Virus record (IMG/VR): IMGVR_UViG_3300042544_000912
Span: 1-64,000 of that record
From: a virus
Length of the DNA stretch: 64,000 nt
Direction: 5' to 3' (one strand)
In this document: positions 57,772-64,000 of the stretch, one piece after another
Position numbering within the stretch: the first letter of the stretch is position 1
Layout of the letters: every line of letters begins with the position of its first letter
Program-made: the position numbers and the translations under genes
The notes under the pieces: generated by a model
Seen by the model: the letters and a program-made list of their open reading frames with translations, nothing else
Told to the model about the DNA's origin: nothing
Database searches by the model: none

Positions 57772-57774
57772 GAT

Positions 57775-58257
57775 ATGTCCACTATTACACTTAGATCCGT
57801 AAAAGGAACTCCACTTACAAACACAGAAGTTGATAATAACTTCAACAACCTGAATACTGATAAGTATCAGTCGGGTGATAGTCCTACCTTTGGTAGTCTT
57901 ACTCTCACTGGTAATTTCATGCCGTCGATTGCTACCGCAGTTTCGGCCGCAGGCACAAATCAGTCAGGTGCAACAGAACTTGCTAAGGTATATAACTTAG
58001 TGACTACTGTTGGTTCGGGTGCAGGAGTTAAACTTCCTACCGCGGCAGAGAAGCTAACATATACGGTAGTGAATACAACGGCTACTAATCTTTTGATTTA
58101 TCCTAATCTTTCGGATAAGATCAACGGCGGAACTGCCAATGCTGCGGTAACATTAGCGGCGGGTTCTTCTGTAACTTTCATTGCTAAAGACGCTACGGAT
58201 TGGTATTCGTTGACCCCTCTATTAGTATTTGATTCGAGCGGCACAAGACTAAACTAA
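57775..58257 (+). CDS. virion structural protein (fibre N-terminal type)
   Basis: ITLRSVKGTPLTNTEVDNNFNNL motif. Confidence 0.65.
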   Translation: MSTITLRSVKGTPLTNTEVDNNFNNLNTDKYQSGDSPTFGSLTLTGNFMPSIATAVSAAGTNQSGATELAKVYNLVTTVGSGAGVKLPTAAEKLTYTVVNTTATNLLIYPNLSDKINGGTANAAVTLAAGSSVTFIAKDATDWYSLTPLLVFDSSGTRLN

Positions 58258-58268
58258 GGTTATAGAAA

Positions 58269-59750
58269 ATGAATCCTTTAAAGATTAAGGCATCTGCAAC
58301 TCCGATTACGTCTTCAAACTTCCAAGGTTTGCAGACGATGACGGACAATGAAATAAAGAACTACATTGCAAATGTCATCACAACAAAGTTTGCTACCGAT
58401 ACTAACGGTTCGGGCACGGCAGAATTGAATGTTGATACTGCAAATGCTTTATCGGGTACCTCAATCGGAACATTTTCTGATACTGATAGAACAGAAGCTA
58501 CCGGCACACACCCTGCAACCGGTGGCATTACTACCACAACATATTATGCAAAGCAAGTTACTGCCGCTGCCTCTGAAAGCATAACTAATAGACCAGTCGG
58601 TTATGGTACTGGCATGGAAGAGTTGACAGATGCCGAAATGCGCACCGATGTTCTCGACAAAGTTATCGCCGCGATGGTTGCAGAATCTTCTTATACTGCT
58701 GGCCAATATAAGTTGTCCGCCTCGGCTCCAGCTGGCGGCACCTGGACTTCTCGTTACACCATTACAGACGTTGCGAATGGTGGAAACACTACAACATATC
58801 TGTGGCAGAAAACGGCTGCAACTTCGGCCGCAGATGGCGATCTACGCCCACTAAAAGTATTCAGTGGAAATAACGTCAGGCAAATGAGTGATGCTGAAAT
58901 TCAGCAAATGCTTCCTTATTTCCGCAACAGAATTATTTCTACTGGCATCGGCACATATTCGTTACAAGCAACTGCTCCGGTATCTGGTACGTGGGTTCAA
59001 ATGGGCGATGCATTCAGTGATACTCGTGAACAAGTAGTGTCGCAAAACTATACCGGCTATTATACAGGTAACTATACCGGCACATATACAGGTAGCTATA
59101 CTGGCACATACTCTGGTCCATATTCACAAAACTATACGGGTACCTACACAGGTAACTTCGTTGGACCTAAAACATATTCACAAGCATATTCCGCAGGATA
59201 TACAGGTAGCTACACAGGTAGCTTCGTTGGACCTAAAGCATATTCACAAGCATATTCCGCGTCATATACAGGTAACTATACCGGTTCGTTTGCAGGTACT
59301 GGAGCATATTCACAAGCATATGCCGGAGCATATTCTGGTGCATATACAGTCTACTATGGTGGTTATAGTTCCCCTGCTACATGGTACACGGGCTACTATA
59401 CCGGATATTTTACTGGCTTCTATACTGGTCCTAAGAACTATTCTGGAACATACTCTGGACCATATACTGGATTTTACACCGGTTTCTATACAGGCACAGG
59501 CACATATTCTGGAACATACTCTAGTGCGTATACTGGATTTTACACCGGTTTCTATACAGGCACAGGCACATATTCCGGACCATACTCTGGCCCATATACT
59601 GGATTTTACACAGGTAGCTATACTGGCACATACTCTGGTCCATATTCGCAAGCATATTCTGCTGCATATACTGGCGTATATGCGGGCAACACAGTAATCG
59701 TAACCAAAGATACAGTATCTACGGTAAAGCTCTGGATTCGCACAGCCTAA
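58269..59750 (+). CDS. putative fibre/needle protein with period-4 Y-(T/S)-G-x repeats
   Basis: Translation; position in the fibre cluster. Confidence 0.7.
   Translation: MNPLKIKASATPITSSNFQGLQTMTDNEIKNYIANVITTKFATDTNGSGTAELNVDTANALSGTSIGTFSDTDRTEATGTHPATGGITTTTYYAKQVTAAASESITNRPVGYGTGMEELTDAEMRTDVLDKVIAAMVAESSYTAGQYKLSASAPAGGTWTSRYTITDVANGGNTTTYLWQKTAATSAADGDLRPLKVFSGNNVRQMSDAEIQQMLPYFRNRIISTGIGTYSLQATAPVSGTWVQMGDAFSDTREQVVSQNYTGYYTGNYTGTYTGSYTGTYSGPYSQNYTGTYTGNFVGPKTYSQAYSAGYTGSYTGSFVGPKAYSQAYSASYTGNYTGSFAGTGAYSQAYAGAYSGAYTVYYGGYSSPATWYTGYYTGYFTGFYTGPKNYSGTYSGPYTGFYTGFYTGTGTYSGTYSSAYTGFYTGFYTGTGTYSGPYSGPYTGFYTGSYTGTYSGPYSQAYSAAYTGVYAGNTVIVTKDTVSTVKLWIRTA
59049..59681 (+). repeat. mirror-symmetric YTG repeat (37-17-17-13 | 13-aa loop | 13-17-17-37 aa)
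   Basis: Parsed from the translation; six 5-aa linkers (VGPKT, VGPKA, AGTGA / TGPKN, TGTGT, TGTGT). Confidence 0.9.
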
Positions 59751-59795
59751 CTATACTATATACATTATATAATTTCTTTTTATGGAGAATTTGAA

Positions 59796-60242
59796 GTGAC
59801 ACGGAAAATTGAAAATCCCTATTGGTCAAATAAAGATACAAAGCACGTTATTGCCGAATTCGTATACGAAGATGGTAAGAGACAGTTGGCATCCATCATG
59901 GGTGATGAGAATAATCCTGATTTTAAAGAAATCATGGAACTCTTCACCGAGGAAGAAATTGATGCTAACACAAAAGTTCGGTTAGACAAGCGCGACGAAC
60001 AGGTTCGCCGCAATCGCGAACGTCAAGAAGTAGATAGATCCAGAATGCAGCAAGAGACCTTGTTCGCGGCCAAGCTGGATGCTTTTGAAATTCCCATAAT
60101 CAAGACTTCAACAAATCGTGCAGCAAAAGCAAAGATACGTAAGGCCAAAACACTTATGGAAGTAACGGCATATGCTATCATGCTTATGATGCAAGAGGAA
60201 GCTAATACAACAATCGTAACAGAAGCGCAAGATGCAGAATAA
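59796..60242 (+). CDS. hypothetical protein (possible fibre chaperone)
   Basis: ORF between the fibre and glycosyltransferase genes; GTG start. Confidence 0.55.
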   Translation: MTRKIENPYWSNKDTKHVIAEFVYEDGKRQLASIMGDENNPDFKEIMELFTEEEIDANTKVRLDKRDEQVRRNRERQEVDRSRMQQETLFAAKLDAFEIPIIKTSTNRAAKAKIRKAKTLMEVTAYAIMLMMQEEANTTIVTEAQDAE

Positions 60243-60933
60243 TGGTTTTGTTTACGTAGCATCTAATAATAGAGCGTATTATAGGGCAGCAAGAAACTCT
60301 GCTCAGTCGCTACTAGATTATTATCCTGATGCCAAGATCACAATTTTCACACATCCCGAATGGGTTGAAGAGGGTGACGACCAAATTTTCGAACGTATTT
60401 ACACGGATGATGTCCCGTATCATATTAGAGCCAAGCTGTGGGCGTTGGATAAGACGCCATATGACTTGACTTTATATGTGGATTGCGATACTGAAATTTG
60501 CCACGAAGATATCCAAAAAGTCTTCGAACAGATACCAGAAGATACGGACTTGTTATTCACTGCCAATCGACCATATAACGCAAAGCTCACTCGGTTATCC
60601 GAGACTGAGGAGATGACAGAACATTGCGGTCTATTTTTATATCGCAGTAACCCCGAAACGTTACGTTTGATGGGTGCATGGTGGAGCGAATATTGTAAGC
60701 AGAGAGAACCAGATTACGACCATCTGCATTATCCAAAGCAAGCACTGCAATGGGATACATTCACCATGTGGCGTCTACTGACATATGGCGACTTCAAAAT
60801 TAAACACGGTAGATTTCCAGACCCCGATGCAAGATGGAACTTTGTGGTCGGATACAAAGAAGAAGAACTACAGGGTCAAGAAATGGTAATTTACCATTAT
60901 ACACTCCCCAAATCTATATTGGATGCAAAATGA
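60232..60933 (+). CDS. GT-A glycosyltransferase (GT8/nucleotide-diphospho-sugar transferase-like)
   Basis: GFVYVA, RAKLWAL..TPYDLTLYVDCDT (DxD), WNF, IYHY. Confidence 0.7.
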   Translation: MQNNGFVYVASNNRAYYRAARNSAQSLLDYYPDAKITIFTHPEWVEEGDDQIFERIYTDDVPYHIRAKLWALDKTPYDLTLYVDCDTEICHEDIQKVFEQIPEDTDLLFTANRPYNAKLTRLSETEEMTEHCGLFLYRSNPETLRLMGAWWSEYCKQREPDYDHLHYPKQALQWDTFTMWRLLTYGDFKIKHGRFPDPDARWNFVVGYKEEELQGQEMVIYHYTLPKSILDAK

Positions 60934-61580
60934 GATTTACACCTAAAATCAGTGACGACCTTCTAGCAATTCTTGAACCATATCGCGAATGGTTCTTTGC
61001 TCAGAATGATCATGATAGCCTACGCGAGCCTAGTAGGATTAATGGAAAGACTTTCGAGACTGCCACGAGTGAACAATATCTGAATGAACTCGTGGCAAAA
61101 GATGGAGAGCATGTGGGATTTCCAGAATGCGCTTATTGTTGCGACATTGGTATGGTAGATTCTGTTCCTCGGCACCACAAAGACAAGCAACGGGCGCTAA
61201 ACGAGCAACTTATTCGGTTCCTCGGTGCCAGAAATAATGCGGTTCACGTTTATTATCCAGAAGAAGGATTCATGGGCTGGCACACAAACTGGAATGCACA
61301 CGGTTATAACATTCTTCTGTCATATAACACAGAAGAAAATACCGGCTATTTTAGATACTTAGACCCAGTAACAAAAGAAGTAGTCACTCTCTGGGACCCA
61401 AAAGGGTGGTCTTGTAAAGTTGGATACTTTGGTCGTCGGAGTGAAACGGATAAGATTATTTACCATTCTGCTGGCTCACATACTAAGAGATTGACATTGG
61501 GTTATGTTGTTCCTCATCTTGAAATCTGGCAATCAATGATTGAAGATATTTCAGGTGAAGATGCGTCTGACTACTTCTGA
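60930..61580 (+). CDS. 2OG-Fe(II) oxygenase/cupin-like protein
   Basis: YYPEEGFMGWHTNWN (H-x-N) and IYHSAGSHTKRLTLGY (distal His plus Arg). Confidence 0.6.
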   Translation: MRFTPKISDDLLAILEPYREWFFAQNDHDSLREPSRINGKTFETATSEQYLNELVAKDGEHVGFPECAYCCDIGMVDSVPRHHKDKQRALNEQLIRFLGARNNAVHVYYPEEGFMGWHTNWNAHGYNILLSYNTEENTGYFRYLDPVTKEVVTLWDPKGWSCKVGYFGRRSETDKIIYHSAGSHTKRLTLGYVVPHLEIWQSMIEDISGEDASDYF

Positions 61581-62227
61581 CCTATTACCATGAAACGGTC
61601 AAAAGTAACTTTGCCATCCCATGACCAATAAGACTGTTCGATGCTTCCTTCGTAAAAGCTATTGGTAACTCCAACATTTTCAATATGTTCTTCGATGGTT
61701 GGAACACAATTGATTCCATACATTTCACGAAATACATTTGAAGATTGGCACGCAAAGATACAATCTGGATTTGCCGTAGTCATATTCTTCAAAGGATACA
61801 TAACTTCACATGCAAGTGAAATTACCACGTCCGTATTTAGCGCATTGATATCATGATACGCAAATGGTATATCCCAATTTAAATGATTCAATTCTATATT
61901 TTTTTCATTATTATAATGTCTATTGAATACCTTTGATAGCTCAAGTGCATCTTTATCAATATCAATAAGATTAATCTTCTTAATATTTAAGTTTTCACAA
62001 AGAAGTGGTACTAGTGGAAATCCTAGCCATGAATTGAGAATAGTAATATCCAATTCTTTGGTCTGCACTAAATCTTTAAGATTTTCTACTAACCAGATAG
62101 CAGCATCCATTGTATTTGGATTTAACGACTTGCGAAAGTCTTCGTGCTTCCATGGCATCTCATGGTTGATCTTTTCTAGACCTTCACCCCAATTACGATA
62201 GTTATTCAAAAAATTATAGTTTAGCAT
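61571..62227 (-). CDS. class I SAM-dependent methyltransferase-like protein
   Basis: ITILNSWLG (motif I variant), INLIDID (motif II), DVVISLACE, FACQSSN. Confidence 0.55.
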   Translation of the reverse strand: MLNYNFLNNYRNWGEGLEKINHEMPWKHEDFRKSLNPNTMDAAIWLVENLKDLVQTKELDITILNSWLGFPLVPLLCENLNIKKINLIDIDKDALELSKVFNRHYNNEKNIELNHLNWDIPFAYHDINALNTDVVISLACEVMYPLKNMTTANPDCIFACQSSNVFREMYGINCVPTIEEHIENVGVTNSFYEGSIEQSYWSWDGKVTFDRFMVIGQK

Positions 62228-62897
62228 CTTGTGGTCTTTCCATTGAATCGTATAAACAAATTAGTGGCTCTTCTCGTAGAACTTGTTCCCTAGTATCTGT
62301 CGGCCACATATATCCATAATTATAACTGTATATCCAGCCGTCCGGAAAATAGTCAATCTTTAAAAGACGTTCTCTTTGATGCCCGAACATATTATCAAGA
62401 CCTCGATAATAATAAAACATTTGGTCAGGATAATCTTTAACAAACTTTGTGATTTTATCAACATCCAATTTGTCATTCCATCTCAATACACTTGAATTCA
62501 AGTCTGTATACTTGTGAGGAATATGTTTAGTGTCGTCCTTCATCTTCTTTAGATTGTGCCAATGAGTTCGGATAAAAGTTAGTTTATCTTCTGGATCATG
62601 CTGAACAATACAATCGATGTTCTGTTGAATATCAATATCCAAATCGAAGAATAGTTTCTCACCCTGTTTCCGAATAAAATGTCTATCAAACAGATAAAGT
62701 TTATTCCACCATTTTTCATAATAATTATTTTCTGGAATAGGAACAATAATTATTTCGGGATTTAAATCTGTAGCATGTTCTGTTATGCAGTGAAACTCAA
62801 ACTCACTGGTGATATGCTTGTTGCATTGCTCGAACAATTTATTGACATATTCTGGGCCATATTTGAAGCCCCATTTTACTGTATAGATGTTAATCAT
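62214..62897 (-). CDS. glycosyltransferase-like protein (KWG.KY family)
   Basis: TVKWGFKYGPEYVNKL, WWNKLYLF, LFFDLDIDI (DxD), NSSVLRW. Confidence 0.7.
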   Translation of the reverse strand: MINIYTVKWGFKYGPEYVNKLFEQCNKHITSEFEFHCITEHATDLNPEIIIVPIPENNYYEKWWNKLYLFDRHFIRKQGEKLFFDLDIDIQQNIDCIVQHDPEDKLTFIRTHWHNLKKMKDDTKHIPHKYTDLNSSVLRWNDKLDVDKITKFVKDYPDQMFYYYRGLDNMFGHQRERLLKIDYFPDGWIYSYNYGYMWPTDTREQVLREEPLICLYDSMERPQDAKL

Positions 62898-63715
62898 CAA
62901 ACGTTCCAATGCTCTAATAAGTCAGAATCAACCAAAGATTGCTGCTTCACTTTACCGCGTCTATTGTCCTGAAATGGAAGTAAGTCTACATTGAATACAC
63001 ATAGAATGCAGTCTTTTCTATATTTAGCTACTTCTAAATCACCTTCGTGCCAGTTACGACCACGATTATATGAATACGCAAATGTGCTTGGGAAATGTCT
63101 CCATAATGGAGTATCGCTAAAGTCTCCCCATCTCCAACTGTGGTAGTTGTCTGTGCCATCTGTAAACGTGAACCAGATACGTTCTTGATGTTCTAGAACA
63201 TCCTGCCAAATACATTCTGTCTGATCATCTGACCAGACCATGCAACTACCATTTGTATATGCGCCATGTGCCAGTTTGAAGTTGCGAGATTTCATTGGTC
63301 GAGGGTCTTGCCACCACGAACGCAACTTGGTAGGATTCTCTAAGTCATAAGTGATGATTGGCGACAAATCATTTTGAATGATAACATCAAGGTCGAAAAA
63401 GACAAATCTTCCAGTGGGGTTATCGTCTGCGAAGTTGTGTGTATTGAAGATGAACGTCTTTGGTCTGTCCCAACAACGTGCCATGCCGTATTTGAAATCA
63501 TCTGTTCCAAACCAGTATTTCGGATGAATGTCGGGAATGTCTGGGAAGTCGATGACTTTAATTTCATTTTCAAAACCTTCACTGTTATCGGTATAGCAAT
63601 AGAAATGGAACTCAAATTTATCCGGGGTATGCTTCTTCGCCATCCGATAAAGACGGTTGACAAACTCGGCATCATATTTGGTACCCCATTTGCAGCAAAT
63701 ATAATTAACTCTCAT
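62897..63715 (-). CDS. glycosyltransferase-like protein (KWG.KY family), paralogue
   Basis: CCKWGTKYDAEFVNRL, VFFDLDVII, NGSCMVW; ATGA overlap. Confidence 0.7.
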   Translation of the reverse strand: MRVNYICCKWGTKYDAEFVNRLYRMAKKHTPDKFEFHFYCYTDNSEGFENEIKVIDFPDIPDIHPKYWFGTDDFKYGMARCWDRPKTFIFNTHNFADDNPTGRFVFFDLDVIIQNDLSPIITYDLENPTKLRSWWQDPRPMKSRNFKLAHGAYTNGSCMVWSDDQTECIWQDVLEHQERIWFTFTDGTDNYHSWRWGDFSDTPLWRHFPSTFAYSYNRGRNWHEGDLEVAKYRKDCILCVFNVDLLPFQDNRRGKVKQQSLVDSDLLEHWNV

Positions 63716-64000
63716 TTCCATAATTCAAGAATACTTTCATCCTGACAATCTGCCAGTTCTATTTGTTCTTTTGCAGAAGGATGTGGAACATTATCGGTAT
63801 TGAATATACAGATTTTCGCATCGTCTCTAAACTTAAAACGCTCTACATCCGTTGGATGATAACGGCCTCTGTTCCAAGAATATACCCAATTATCTGGAAT
63901 GTTTTTCCAGAAATCTCGCTGTCGCCAATAATGATAGTTATCGCTGCCTTTAAAGAACGTTTTAAAAACTATCTCTTCTTCACTAAAAACGTCAAAATAT
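63712..64000 (-). CDS. 3' part of a further glycosyltransferase-like paralogue (truncated by the window edge)
   Basis: Translated by hand: FKGSDNYHYWR..WVYSWNRGR..KICIFN..LELWK*, matching the C-terminus of the 62897-63715 protein. Confidence 0.65.
   Translation of the reverse strand, partial: YFDVFSEEEIVFKTFFKGSDNYHYWRQRDFWKNIPDNWVYSWNRGRYHPTDVERFKFRDDAKICIFNTDNVPHPSAKEQIELADCQDESILELWK

Noticed and set aside
59161-59697. 178-aa His/Ile-rich ORF (and antisense 59310-59651)
   Set aside because: Alternative-frame shadows of the YTG repeat
1-64000. Alternative genetic code, introns or homing endonucleases
   Set aside because: Core genes are full length in the standard code, and no HNH/GIY-YIG/LAGLIDADG motifs or interrupted conserved genes were seen apart from the gp5 split

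Overview
A 64-kb segment of a large T4-like (Tevenvirinae-related) myophage genome, probably infecting an alphaproteobacterium: it carries a circularly permuted two-piece tmRNA with an ANDN...ALAA tag. The left third is accessory. It holds a putative DNA-glycosylation cassette with an opposing PD-(D/E)xK-like nuclease, a late-promoter operon of exported proteins (two small membrane paralogues, CsgF, CsgG, two curlin-like proteins, a FecR protein, a CHASE2 adenylate cyclase), and six tandem N-terminal-Twitch radical SAM genes followed by an SGNH hydrolase and a NodU-type carbamoyltransferase. The middle holds a DenV-like glycosylase, a candidate anti-Shine-Dalgarno sRNA, PhoH, an exonuclease, tmRNA, a SleB hydrolase, a DNA methyltransferase, gp33, gp59 and gp32. 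The right half is the tail/baseplate module: a tape-measure-like gene, gp51/gp26 with a candidate -1 frameshift, tube initiator, gp2, gp4, gp48, gp53, hub, a split gp5 with GH19, an M15 peptidase, gp25, gp6, gp7, gp8, a VrlC-like fibre and a mirror-symmetric YTG-repeat fibre. A glycosyltransferase/oxygenase/methyltransferase cluster follows. All calls come from motif recognition by eye; no database searches were run.
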